The notes: generated from the letters alone by a model not told the origin. A stretch of 53,068 bases of DNA from Dehalococcoidales bacterium (GCA_016927955.1 JAFGLR010000025.1:1-53068), one strand, 5' to 3'. Positions 10,644 through 20,062 are shown, counted from the stretch's first letter. Program-made: numbers and translations.

Positions 10644-10912
10644 CATCAGTATTTCCCTGGGTGGCTATATTTTTGATAATCCTGATGCTGCCCGCATTAT
10701 ACCGTGTTCTCAAGGGGCCTACCCTCTTCGACCGTATTATTTCAGCCGGTTTGATGGGCACTAACGGTGTCATTATATTGGCGATATTGGGTTTTACTTA
10801 TGACCGGATAAATATGTTTATCGACCTCGCAATAGCTTATGCCCTGCTGAATTTCGTCGGCACGGTAGCTATCGGGAAATACCTGGAGCGACGCCGTAAG
10901 GAGTCCGAATGA
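10640..10912 (+). CDS. mrpF: Na+/H+ antiporter subunit F (MrpF/MnhF)
   Basis: 90 aa, 3 TM. The LYRVLKGPTLFDRI motif is characteristic of MnhF. 4-nt overlaps on both sides. Confidence 0.85.
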   Translation: MTSVFPWVAIFLIILMLPALYRVLKGPTLFDRIISAGLMGTNGVIILAILGFTYDRINMFIDLAIAYALLNFVGTVAIGKYLERRRKESE

Positions 10913-11286
10913 TAGTCCAGACCGTTATAGCAGGCATGTTTATCCTGGGCGGGCTGTTTTTCTTAACCGTCAGTGTCACCGGCTTAATCCGTTTGCCGGA
11001 TTTCTACAGCCGTAATCATGCCGTAGGCAAATCGGAAACACTTGGGGCAATGCTGGTTTTATGCGGCCTGGCGATTTATAACGGCTTGGATATAAATACA
11101 CTGAAATTGCTGGGAATATTATTATTTATTGCTCTGGCTAATCCCACGGCAACCCATATTGTCGCCCGTGCGGCTTATCGTAACGGACTGGAACTCTGGG
11201 TGACACCAAAAAGACGCTCGAAAGACACTTCTTGTCCGGTGGAACCGGAATCACCACAAAATAGCACGGAAGGTAAAAGACTATGA
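10909..11286 (+). CDS. mrpG: Na+/H+ antiporter subunit G (MrpG/MnhG)
   Basis: 125 aa. IRLPDFYSRNHA and NPTATH motifs are typical of MnhG. Confidence 0.85.
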   Translation: MIVQTVIAGMFILGGLFFLTVSVTGLIRLPDFYSRNHAVGKSETLGAMLVLCGLAIYNGLDINTLKLLGILLFIALANPTATHIVARAAYRNGLELWVTPKRRSKDTSCPVEPESPQNSTEGKRL

Positions 11287-11528
11287 GCCATCCGTTAACA
11301 TTGGCCCTTTTTGTAATTCTGATAATTGCGGCTATAGCTGCTCTAAAGATACGTGATTTAGCAGCGGCGGCATTTGTATTAACGGCTTTCAGCTTCGCCG
11401 CGGCTATAACCTATGCCCAGATGGGAGCGCCTGATGTCGCTCTCACAGAAGCTGTCGTCGGAGCCGGTGTTAGCGGCGTATTCCTGATAGCGGCTCTATT
11501 CTACCTGAACAGGAGGTCCAAAGATTGA
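11283..11528 (+). CDS. MbhD-like small membrane subunit (DUF4040, corresponds to the MrpA C-terminal region)
   Basis: 81 aa, 3 TM. The GAPDVALTEAVVGAG motif is typical of MbhD/MrpA-C. Confidence 0.7.
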   Translation: MSHPLTLALFVILIIAAIAALKIRDLAAAAFVLTAFSFAAAITYAQMGAPDVALTEAVVGAGVSGVFLIAALFYLNRRSKD

Positions 11529-11827
11529 AGTGGTTCGGCATCCTGGTCATAGTCTTATTCGCCGGCTTCCTATTTTATGCCGAAAGTGACATGGGAGCTT
11601 ACGGTGATGTTAATGCCGTGCCCAACCAACATGTCTCTCCCGAATATATAGAGCGGTCGATAGAAGATATGCATACACCGGATATGGTTACGGCCGTGCT
11701 GGCGGACTACAGGGGTTATGATACCCTAGGTGAGACTACGGTTATCTTTACAGCCGGGTTAATATGCTACATGTTGTTAGGAAAATGGAAACGGAATGAT
11801 AACAAAATATCAAAGCCTGATCGTTAA
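11525..11827 (+). CDS. MbhE-like membrane subunit (N-terminal MnhB-type segment)
   Basis: 100 aa. MVTAVLADYRGYDTLGETTVIFTAG is the hallmark DYRG(F/Y)DTLGE motif of MnhB/MbhE. TTG start. Confidence 0.7.
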   Translation: MKWFGILVIVLFAGFLFYAESDMGAYGDVNAVPNQHVSPEYIERSIEDMHTPDMVTAVLADYRGYDTLGETTVIFTAGLICYMLLGKWKRNDNKISKPDR

Positions 11828-12224
11828 TGTTGCTTGCCGCGTTATAGTCCCGTTTATTTTTATGTTCGGAATATACGTGATAATGTTCGGCCATTATAGT
11901 CCGGGCGGCGGATTTCAGGGCGGAACCATTCTGGCTGCTACGGTAATTTTAATGCGGATGTGCTTGGGCAAGGATGCAACCTATGGTAAGTTTCCGCCCC
12001 AACTTGGTCTTATCTTAGGGGCTATCGGGCTATTGATTTATGGCGGCACCGGTGTAGCCGCACTGATTTCCGGAGGAAATTACCTGGATTATTCCGCCAT
12101 ACCCTTTCCGGTATCGGAAGCAGAAAGAAGGTATTACGGGATATTATGCGTAGATATCGGGGTTGCATTTACGGTTTTCGGGACTTTGCTCTCCATCTTC
12201 GACAGCCTGACTAAGGAGAAATGA
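11796..12224 (+). CDS. mrpB: Na+/H+ antiporter subunit B (MrpB/MnhB, MbhF-like)
   Basis: 142 aa. HYSPGGGFQGG motif. 32-nt overlap with the preceding gene; no alternative in-frame start is seen. Confidence 0.8.
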   Translation: MITKYQSLIVNVACRVIVPFIFMFGIYVIMFGHYSPGGGFQGGTILAATVILMRMCLGKDATYGKFPPQLGLILGAIGLLIYGGTGVAALISGGNYLDYSAIPFPVSEAERRYYGILCVDIGVAFTVFGTLLSIFDSLTKEK

Positions 12225-12595
12225 TGTTACAGGTATTATTGGATAATTATCCCTATTACTTCAGTACGGTCTTGCTGGCAATCGGCATCTGGGGAATGTA
12301 TACCAAACGCAACCTGATGAAGAAACTTATCGGAATGACGATATTCCAGGTAGCGATTATACTAATTTTTATTGCCAGCGCCGCTAAGTTCGGAGCGACG
12401 ATACCTACCGTAGACCCGGCATTAGGTGTCACAGACCCGGCTCTCTATGCTAATCCTTTACCCCATGTACTGATGCTTACCGCCATCGTGGTTATGGTAG
12501 CCACCAGCGGAGTGGCCTTATCTATCCTTTTATTGATATACCGCCGCTATAACACTATCGATGAGACTGAAATAATGGAGAGGATGCGAGAATAA
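12221..12595 (+). CDS. mrpC: Na+/H+ antiporter subunit C (MrpC/MnhC, NuoK-like)
   Basis: 124 aa, 3 TM, NuoK-like layout. 4-nt overlap upstream and 1-nt overlap downstream. Confidence 0.8.
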   Translation: MMLQVLLDNYPYYFSTVLLAIGIWGMYTKRNLMKKLIGMTIFQVAIILIFIASAAKFGATIPTVDPALGVTDPALYANPLPHVLMLTAIVVMVATSGVALSILLLIYRRYNTIDETEIMERMRE

Positions 12596-14070
12596 TGTTC
12601 GAGCAGCTACCCGTCATTATTCCGGTCTCATTGCTGCTATTTGCCCTGCTGACCTTTCTCTGCGGGTTATGGCGAAAGAGCCTGGCGTTCCCTGTCTCCC
12701 TAGCCGGGGTAACTATATCCCTGATAGCTTCAATATGGGGACTGGTACAGGTTCTCACCAGCGGCCCGATGCACTATCACCTGGGTGGCTGGATACCCCC
12801 TATCGGTATCGAATATGTCCTCGACCATCTTGCGGCCTTCATGGCAGTGCTGATTACGGGTATTGCTTTTGCCAGTATGATATATTCCCGGCAGTCATTT
12901 ACGAAAGAAGTACCGGAGAAAATCGTACCTCTATATGCCTTAATACTTTTATTACTGGCCGGGCTGACAGGTATTGTCGTTACCGGCGACCTTTTTAATA
13001 TCTATGTATTTCTGGAAATAGCATCATTGGCTGCATACGCAGTGATGGCTATCGGTCATGGTAAAGCTCCAATGGCAGTATTCCGCTATATCATTTTCGG
13101 GACGGTAGGGGCCTGCTTCTATTTGCTCGGCGTCGGCTTTATTTATTTCGCTACCGGTTCTTTAAATATGGCCGATGTTGCCAGAATATTACCCACTATA
13201 CCGGATTCCCGGCTTATCGTCGCCGCCGCGGTCTTTATTATAATCGGGATGGGACTGAAAATGGCCCTCTTCCCGTTCCATCTCTGGCTGCCTGATGTAT
13301 ATACTTATGCCCCTTCAGGGGTGATTAATTTCGTGGCGCCTCTGATGACCAAAGTCGGTGCCTATGTTGTAATCCGCGTTTTTATCTCGGTCTTTATGCC
13401 GAACTACTTCACGGAAACCCTGCCTATTATGACCGTGATTTCCTGGCTGGCCGCTGCCGGGATTATTTTTGCTTCGATAATGGCCATTGCTCAAAAAGAC
13501 GTCAGGCGCATGCTGGCGTACAGCAGCGTTGCCCAGATATGTTATGTTGCCCTGGGTATCGGTATGGCTAATCCGGCGGGTTTAATCGGGGCGATGTTGC
13601 ATATTTTAAACCACGCTTTTATGAAAGGCACTCTGTTCCAAGCGGCCGGTAGTATTCGATATAGCACGGGTATCACCGAAATTGCCCGTTTTGCCGGACT
13701 GGGACGCAAGATGCCTTTAACGATGAGTGCGTTTACAGTGGCCGCTCTCTCTATGGTCGGGATTCCTCCGGCTGCCGGTTTCTTCAGCAAATGGTACCTG
13801 GTATCAGGTGCGGTCGCCGGCCATAACTGGGTGTTTGTAGCCGTAATATTAATCAGTTCGCTGCTCAATGCAGTTTACTTTTTCCGTATCCTGGAAAAAG
13901 CTTATATGTCGCCGCCGCCTGACGATGAAGTTGTCAGCCAGGCCAAAGACCCCCCGAAAGGAATGACCGTGCCTATGGTGGCTTTAGCGGCGGGCATCAT
14001 TATACTGGGTATTATCAACGCGGTTATCGTTACCAACGTTTTACAGCCGGTGACAAGCCTTATTTTTTAA
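12595..14070 (+). CDS. mrpD: Antiporter-like subunit, MrpD / NuoN-M family (MbhH-like)
   Basis: 491 aa, about 14 TM. Proton-conducting membrane transporter motifs (LAAYAVM, KMALFPFHLWLPD, MLAYSSVAQ, HAFMKG). Confidence 0.85.
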   Translation: MFEQLPVIIPVSLLLFALLTFLCGLWRKSLAFPVSLAGVTISLIASIWGLVQVLTSGPMHYHLGGWIPPIGIEYVLDHLAAFMAVLITGIAFASMIYSRQSFTKEVPEKIVPLYALILLLLAGLTGIVVTGDLFNIYVFLEIASLAAYAVMAIGHGKAPMAVFRYIIFGTVGACFYLLGVGFIYFATGSLNMADVARILPTIPDSRLIVAAAVFIIIGMGLKMALFPFHLWLPDVYTYAPSGVINFVAPLMTKVGAYVVIRVFISVFMPNYFTETLPIMTVISWLAAAGIIFASIMAIAQKDVRRMLAYSSVAQICYVALGIGMANPAGLIGAMLHILNHAFMKGTLFQAAGSIRYSTGITEIARFAGLGRKMPLTMSAFTVAALSMVGIPPAAGFFSKWYLVSGAVAGHNWVFVAVILISSLLNAVYFFRILEKAYMSPPPDDEVVSQAKDPPKGMTVPMVALAAGIIILGIINAVIVTNVLQPVTSLIF

Positions 14071-14093
14071 CCGGAGATAGATAGAGACATTTA

Positions 14094-15584
14094 ATGAATA
14101 CGTTTACTTCGATACTCCCGTTAATTGCCGTACTGATTCCGGTACTGGCAGCGGTACTGATATTGATATTTTCACGCCGGCAAAATATCCGGGAATTCTG
14201 GACTATCGCAGCGTCAGTTGCGATGTTCGGGGTTATTTTCACGATGCTCCCGGACGTACTGGGTGGTAAATTTCCACATATCGACCTGTTAAATATTGCG
14301 CCCGGTATATCGCTTTCTTTTCACGTTGATACCGTCGGGTTAATCTTCGGCCTATCGGCATCATTACTCTGGATTATTACCTCCTTCTATTCTATCGGTT
14401 ATATGCGCAGCCTGGCGGAGCATAAACAGACCCGTTACTACACTATGTTCGCTCTCTGTCTGACTTCTACTATCGGCATTGCATTTTCCGCCAACCTGCT
14501 GACTTTTGTCCTGTTCTACGAAATTTTGACTATAGCTACTTATCCGCTGGTGATTCATAAAGAAACCCCGGCAGCGATGTCCGCCGGACGCAAATACCTG
14601 GCCTATCTGCTTACCGGAGGGCTTGCTTTAATTGCTGCCACAGCTTTAACTTATTACTACGCAGGTTCTTTGGATTTTACTGCCGGCGGGTTTTTAAGCA
14701 ATTTAACCGGTCAGCCCAATCTGATGCTTCTCTTTGTCCTATTTCTGGTCGGGTTCGGGATGAAGTCCGCCCTGATACCATTGCATAGCTGGCTGCCCAC
14801 CGCGATGATTGCCCCGACACCGGTGAGCGCTCTGCTCCATGCGGTAGCGGTGGTCAAAGCGGGCGTTTTCGGGGGCATCCGGGTAGTGGGCTTTATTTTC
14901 GGACCGGCTCTTTTCCATAATATCGGTGCGTGGCAGATTCTGGCGATAATGGCAGCCATCACTATAATTGTCTCTTCATTATTGGCTTTTTACCAGGATA
15001 ATTTAAAACGGCGGCTGGCTTACTCCACGGTGGGACACCTTTCGTACATTCTACTAGGCATATCTTTGTTATCGCCTATCTCCTGGACCGGCAGCCTTAT
15101 CCATCTGGTGAATCACGCAACATTGAAAATAACCCTGTTTTTCTGTGCCGGAGCGGTATATGCCAAAACGCACGTGGAGAATATCAGTGAATTAAACGGC
15201 ATCGGAAAACAGATGCCGATTACGATGGGAGCTTTTACACTGGCGGCGATAGGTCTGGTGGGCATTCCGCCTCTAAACGGATTTGTCAGCAAATGGTATC
15301 TCGGCGAGGGTGCTATAAATGCCGGACAGCCTGTTTATCTGGGAGTACTTTTACTCAGCGGCCTGCTTAACGCCGGTTACTTTTTCCCCGTTATCAGAAG
15401 GGCATTTTTCATGAGTTCGGAGAAAAGGACACGGTTTAGCGAAGCTTCTATGTTTATGGTCGTGCCTTTAGTAATTACGGCATTGCTATCCCTCTTCCTA
15501 GGGCTTTTGCCGGACGGCTTATTCCACTTCTTCCAACTTGCCGGTGATACGGTAGCCAGTGTTTTTAGCGGAGTAATAAGATGA
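14094..15584 (+). CDS. mrpD: Second antiporter-like subunit, MrpD / NuoM-N family
   Basis: 496 aa. KSALIPLHSWLPTAM, LAYSTVGHL and HATLK motifs. Confidence 0.85.
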   Translation: MNTFTSILPLIAVLIPVLAAVLILIFSRRQNIREFWTIAASVAMFGVIFTMLPDVLGGKFPHIDLLNIAPGISLSFHVDTVGLIFGLSASLLWIITSFYSIGYMRSLAEHKQTRYYTMFALCLTSTIGIAFSANLLTFVLFYEILTIATYPLVIHKETPAAMSAGRKYLAYLLTGGLALIAATALTYYYAGSLDFTAGGFLSNLTGQPNLMLLFVLFLVGFGMKSALIPLHSWLPTAMIAPTPVSALLHAVAVVKAGVFGGIRVVGFIFGPALFHNIGAWQILAIMAAITIIVSSLLAFYQDNLKRRLAYSTVGHLSYILLGISLLSPISWTGSLIHLVNHATLKITLFFCAGAVYAKTHVENISELNGIGKQMPITMGAFTLAAIGLVGIPPLNGFVSKWYLGEGAINAGQPVYLGVLLLSGLLNAGYFFPVIRRAFFMSSEKRTRFSEASMFMVVPLVITALLSLFLGLLPDGLFHFFQLAGDTVASVFSGVIR

Positions 15585-15814
15585 AAATATTCACCGGGAA
15601 GAAAGCCACCTGGATAATATTGGCGATACTGGCCGTTATCGCCGTAGTAATCGGTTTCATATTCCCCGCCGGGGAAGAAGAACACGGGTTTTCCTGGACT
15701 CATTTCAACGGGTTTTATGCTTTATTGGGATTCATCGGATGCGTAGTTATGGTCTTTTTCGCTAAATGGATTAGTCATTACTGGCTGGAGAGGAAGAACG
15801 ACTATTATGATTAG
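15581..15814 (+). CDS. Small 2-TM membrane protein embedded in the Mrp operon
   Basis: 77 aa with two hydrophobic helices. 4-nt and 8-nt overlaps with the flanking antiporter-like genes imply co-translation. Confidence 0.6.
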   Translation: MKIFTGKKATWIILAILAVIAVVIGFIFPAGEEEHGFSWTHFNGFYALLGFIGCVVMVFFAKWISHYWLERKNDYYD

Positions 15815-17561
15815 TATTCCTCCTGCAGCAATTTTATTTTTAGGGGCTATCCTGCTGCCGTTTTTACCCCGCCGTAGCCACGCGGCCGTATTCCTGCTTT
15901 TTCCTTTAACGGCTTTTTACTGGTTATTGCAGCTGCATCCCGGGGATACGCTGACCGTCGGATTTTTAAATTACACCCTCATACCTACCCGGGTTGATGA
16001 GCTGAGCCTGGTTTTCGGGTATGTTTTTGTGATTATCACCTTCCTGGGCGGTATTTTCGCCTATCACATCAAAAGTACCGGGGAAAGAATTGCTACGCTC
16101 TTATATGCCGGTGTTTCGCTGGGTGTCGTTTTTGCCGGCGACCTCATCACGCTGGTAGTATTCTGGGAGATTATGGCCGTAGCTTCGGTATACCTTATCT
16201 GGGCCAGAGGCACGGCTCTCTCCCGCGGTGCCGGGATGCGCTATCTGATGGTACATCTGTTTGGCGGCAGCATCCTGATAGCAGGTGTCCTGATACAGCT
16301 CAACCAGACCGGCTCGATTGCGTTTAATTATATGTACGCCGGTTTAGCCTCTTACCTGATTCTCTTCGCTTTTTGTCTCAATGCCGCGGTACCGCCGCTA
16401 CATGCCTGGCTTTCCGATGCTTATCCAGAAGGCACGGTTACCGGCAGTGTCTTCCTGAGTGCGTTCACCACTAAGACCGCGGTATATGTACTGGCGAGAG
16501 GGTTTGCCGGTTGGGAAATTCTTATCTGGGCAGGAGTGGCGATGGCGGTTTATGGCGTCGTCTATGCCGTGCTGCAAAATGATATCCGCCGCTTGCTGGC
16601 CTACCATATCATCAGCCAGGTGGGCTATATGGTTGCCGGGGTCGGCATAGGGACAATGGTGGCCGTAAACGGAGCCACAGCTCACGCTTTCACCCATATT
16701 CTATACAAAGCGTTGTTGTTTATGGGCGCCGGCACGGTTCTTTTTGCCACCGGACGAAGTAAGCTAAGCGAGTTAGGCGGCCTGGGCAAGGCGATGCCAT
16801 GGGTTTTCGTCCTGTATATTATCGCCGGTTTTTCCATTTCCGGAGTACCCCTGTTTAGCGGCTTCATCAGTAAGTCGATGATTATTTATGCGGCCGGTTT
16901 AAGCGGTCTGGGACTGGTAGTAATACTGTTAAATCTGGCTTCGGTAGGTACTTTCCTCAGTACCACTCTCAAGCTGCCTTATTTTACCTGGCTGGGAAAG
17001 TATAACGGCACGGGAGAACCTCCCCGCGTGACACAGAAAATCCCCCTAAATATGTACATCGGCATGGCTCTTACCGCCGTTTGTTGTATCGTACTAGGTG
17101 TTTGTCCTTCACTGCTATACAATATTCTGCCTTATCCGGTAGACTACCGGCCGTATAATTCCGCTCATATTATAGAGACTATCCAGATTCTGGTATTTAC
17201 CGGCATCGGGTTCTGGCTGCTTCTCAAGGTATTAAAGCCCAAAGATACAATGACGCTGGACATAGACTGGTTCTACCGCCGCCCGGCTAGACCGGTTTAC
17301 AACGTATTCGTAGTTTACTTTAACCGGTTTATGGGCTGGATAGAGACTCTCACCGGACGTCTGGTTTACGTGTTAATACGATTCGCATCGAATCCTATAA
17401 AATGGTTAACTAAAATCCAGGTGTCCGGAGCGAAAGGCACCGGCGGTGCAAAAGTCCCGGAGGATTACGACCCCGATTACCAGCGGCTGCCGGTACAGTT
17501 TATGTTACTTATCGTGGTAGCAATTTTCGTCGTGTTACTTGCATGGGGATTTCTGAAGTAA
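15807..17561 (+). CDS. Third antiporter-like subunit (MrpA-N / NuoL-like, 584 aa)
   Basis: 584 aa. FWEIMAV, PPLHAWLSDAYPEG, LAYHIISQVGYM and HAFTHILYKALLFMG motifs of the NuoL/M/N family. Confidence 0.85.
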   Translation: MISIPPAAILFLGAILLPFLPRRSHAAVFLLFPLTAFYWLLQLHPGDTLTVGFLNYTLIPTRVDELSLVFGYVFVIITFLGGIFAYHIKSTGERIATLLYAGVSLGVVFAGDLITLVVFWEIMAVASVYLIWARGTALSRGAGMRYLMVHLFGGSILIAGVLIQLNQTGSIAFNYMYAGLASYLILFAFCLNAAVPPLHAWLSDAYPEGTVTGSVFLSAFTTKTAVYVLARGFAGWEILIWAGVAMAVYGVVYAVLQNDIRRLLAYHIISQVGYMVAGVGIGTMVAVNGATAHAFTHILYKALLFMGAGTVLFATGRSKLSELGGLGKAMPWVFVLYIIAGFSISGVPLFSGFISKSMIIYAAGLSGLGLVVILLNLASVGTFLSTTLKLPYFTWLGKYNGTGEPPRVTQKIPLNMYIGMALTAVCCIVLGVCPSLLYNILPYPVDYRPYNSAHIIETIQILVFTGIGFWLLLKVLKPKDTMTLDIDWFYRRPARPVYNVFVVYFNRFMGWIETLTGRLVYVLIRFASNPIKWLTKIQVSGAKGTGGAKVPEDYDPDYQRLPVQFMLLIVVAIFVVLLAWGFLK

Positions 17562-17577
17562 CAATTTCTGTATTCGT

Positions 17578-17616
17578 GAAAAAAGCGTGGCATGAAAATT
17601 TCATGCCACGCTTTTC
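17578..17616. terminator. Bidirectional intrinsic terminator between the convergent mrp operon and the acyl-CoA dehydrogenase genes
   Basis: Perfect stem GCGTGGCATGA / TCATGCCACGC (17585..17595 and 17602..17612). Flanked by an A-run on the left and a T-run on the right. Confidence 0.85.
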
Positions 17617-17646
17617 TATAAAAAGTTTAAACCTAATTCTTTTTTT

Positions 17647-18783
17647 CTAGGCCGTTATTAACCTGGCGATTTCCCTCCGGTGATAGGCCGGTTGGCCGAG
17701 ATAGTTGAACAGGGAACGCGATGCCCTGGTATGGAAACTTATAGCGTGTTCCTGGGAGTAGCTGATACCGCTGAAAACCCGGTGGGCCAGGGTAACCACT
17801 TCAAAATAGGCTTCACTGGCGACCGCTTTAGCCAGGTGAATGCTTTCCTCCGAGGGCTTACCGGTGTCCAGTTTCCAGAGGGCTTCGTATGTGGTTAAAC
17901 GGGCGGCATCGGCATAGTTGGCCATATCGATAATCCAGTCCTGAACCCGCTGGAAACGCCCGATGGCCTGCCCGAACTGCAACCTGGTGCGGCTGTACTC
18001 TATCGTCTGCTCGATTACGTTCTGGCTGGCCCCGACTTTATAGGCACAGAGCACCGGAATGGCTTTGGCGATACCGGTTTGCAAAGGCAGCCAGCCCTTG
18101 TTTTCTTCTCCTAGAATACCGGTTAACGGCACTTTTACCGCATCGAAGGTAACCTCAAATATCCGGCTAGAAAGAAATCCGGGGAGCTTGCGTATTGTAA
18201 CTCCATTGGCTTTGCTGTCCACCAGGACTAAAGAAATGCCCTCCGAACCCATGCCGGAACCGTTACGGGCGACGACGATAAAATGGGTTGCGGCAAGGGC
18301 ATCATAGGTGAAAAGCTTTACACCCTTGACAACCGCCTGATTACCGTCCTTCTTTATTGAAGTCCGGATAGAGGAAGGCTCCCAGCCGAATTCCGGTTCG
18401 GTCAGGGCGAGCGTTATTATCCTTTTGCCCTCAGTGAGTTCCGGTAAAATTTGTTTTTTCTGTTCTTCCGCAGCGGCTTCCATAATGATTAAAGCAGAGA
18501 GAATGCCGGAGGAAAAATAGGGCCCCGGCATCGGTCCGGTACCCAGGGCTTCAAACAGGGCGGCAGCACTGGTCAGCGAACCGCCCGTTCCGCCGTAAGC
18601 CTCCGGGATAACAATGCCCAGCCAGCCCATATCAACAGCCTTCTGCCATAGCTCCGGGGTATAGCCGGTATCAGATTCCTGTAAAGATTGAATCACCGGC
18701 TTCGGAGCGTCACGCTTCAGGAAGTCGATGGCGGCCTTCCGCAGCATTTCTTCGCTTTCGGTAAAACTTAAATCGAGTCTCAT
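17647..18783 (-). CDS. Acyl-CoA dehydrogenase family protein (378 aa)
   Basis: ACAD three-domain layout. Starts MRLDLSFTESEEMLRKAA and has GWLGIVIPEAYGG. The C-terminus reads LFNYLGQPAYHRREIAR where MCAD-type enzymes have YEGT. Confidence 0.85.
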   Translation of the reverse strand: MRLDLSFTESEEMLRKAAIDFLKRDAPKPVIQSLQESDTGYTPELWQKAVDMGWLGIVIPEAYGGTGGSLTSAAALFEALGTGPMPGPYFSSGILSALIIMEAAAEEQKKQILPELTEGKRIITLALTEPEFGWEPSSIRTSIKKDGNQAVVKGVKLFTYDALAATHFIVVARNGSGMGSEGISLVLVDSKANGVTIRKLPGFLSSRIFEVTFDAVKVPLTGILGEENKGWLPLQTGIAKAIPVLCAYKVGASQNVIEQTIEYSRTRLQFGQAIGRFQRVQDWIIDMANYADAARLTTYEALWKLDTGKPSEESIHLAKAVASEAYFEVVTLAHRVFSGISYSQEHAISFHTRASRSLFNYLGQPAYHRREIARLITA

Positions 18784-18826
18784 ATTTTATCTCCTTAAAT
18801 ACTCCATAATTGAACTGTGTCTTACT

Positions 18827-20062
18827 TTACCGGCCGATACCCAGTGCCCGGGCCATATTTATTTTCAGGGCTTCCGGAGTACCTCCGGAGGCAAAGCAGA
18901 CCCCGGCACGCTGGACGGACTCGAAAGTACCGTCATCCATCTGCCACTTGGTGTCGTCGGTCAGGGCATAAGGACCGAGAACTTCCAGCGAATCGCGGAT
19001 AAACCGCCCGCCGAAGTTCTTGGAGAACAAGGCCATCTGCGGGCCGGTATAAGGAGCTTCTATATGATTAAAGGACTGCCAGGAGTTCCTTATCGAGAAA
19101 AGCCTTTCAGTCTGGGCGTCAATATAAATATCTACAAGAGTATCGAGTAAAAGCGGATTGTCTTTTATCCGTTTGATAATGTTCGGGTTATTTTTCACCT
19201 GAGCAAAAAATTTCTCGGTAGTATAATTCCGGCCGATGACACCGACGAAGTTACCGCTATGCTCGACATCGAGAGCGGCAACAACTACCTTCCAACCGTC
19301 GTGGTCGCCTCCTATCAAACATTTCTCAGAAACTTTAACATCATCGAAGAAGACCGAGTGTTTGGTACCCTCGGAGTTGGCTACCGTAGGGCTGCAAGCT
19401 TCATAAAAAGTACCGGGCGGAAACAGGTCCAGCGGCTGAACTTCGATGCCCGGCAGATTAGCAGGCACGATAAAAGCCGCCAGGTTCTTATGGCGCGGTG
19501 CCTGAAGGTCGCTACGGGTTAACAGAAAGAACTGGTCCGGCTTGGAGGGAAACGCTCCGACAAATATTTTCTGACCGTTAATTATAAAATAGTCGTTTTC
19601 ATTCGGGGAACGGAGAGCGTTGGTCTGCTGGTTGGCCTCGTCAGTGCCGGCTTCCGGCTCGGTAAAAAGCTGCCAGGTCAGTACTTCACCCCGGAACATC
19701 GGGGGTAAAAACCGCTTTTTCTGTTCTTCAGTACCGGCCGCGAGAATAGCGGGGCCGGCCAGAACTCCGACGTCGTAAAGCGGCGGCAGTCCCAAACCTC
19801 TTTCGGCTAACTCCACACTCAATACGTAACACTGGTCGGCATTCAGCCCGCCGCCGCTGTATTCGGGAGGAGCCCCGGGGTACAGCCAGCCCTTTTGCCC
19901 CAGCTTATAGACAAAATCCCGCCTCATTTGCCACTGTTCCCGGCTCATTTTGGCCGGGTCCCTGATGGTTAATAAACCCTTTGGAACACTATTGTTAAGC
20001 CATTCTTTCACATCAACCGCAAATTTTTCCTGTTCGGGTGTATACCCCAATGAAAAATCCAT
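18827..20062 (-). CDS. Acyl-CoA dehydrogenase family protein (411 aa)
   Basis: ACAD-like (MDFSLGYTPEQEKFAVDVKEWL..., TEPEAGTD). I chose the ATG at 20062 because GGAGG lies 7 nt upstream. The track's extra 12 codons are unsupported. Confidence 0.85.
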   Translation of the reverse strand: MDFSLGYTPEQEKFAVDVKEWLNNSVPKGLLTIRDPAKMSREQWQMRRDFVYKLGQKGWLYPGAPPEYSGGGLNADQCYVLSVELAERGLGLPPLYDVGVLAGPAILAAGTEEQKKRFLPPMFRGEVLTWQLFTEPEAGTDEANQQTNALRSPNENDYFIINGQKIFVGAFPSKPDQFFLLTRSDLQAPRHKNLAAFIVPANLPGIEVQPLDLFPPGTFYEACSPTVANSEGTKHSVFFDDVKVSEKCLIGGDHDGWKVVVAALDVEHSGNFVGVIGRNYTTEKFFAQVKNNPNIIKRIKDNPLLLDTLVDIYIDAQTERLFSIRNSWQSFNHIEAPYTGPQMALFSKNFGGRFIRDSLEVLGPYALTDDTKWQMDDGTFESVQRAGVCFASGGTPEALKINMARALGIGR

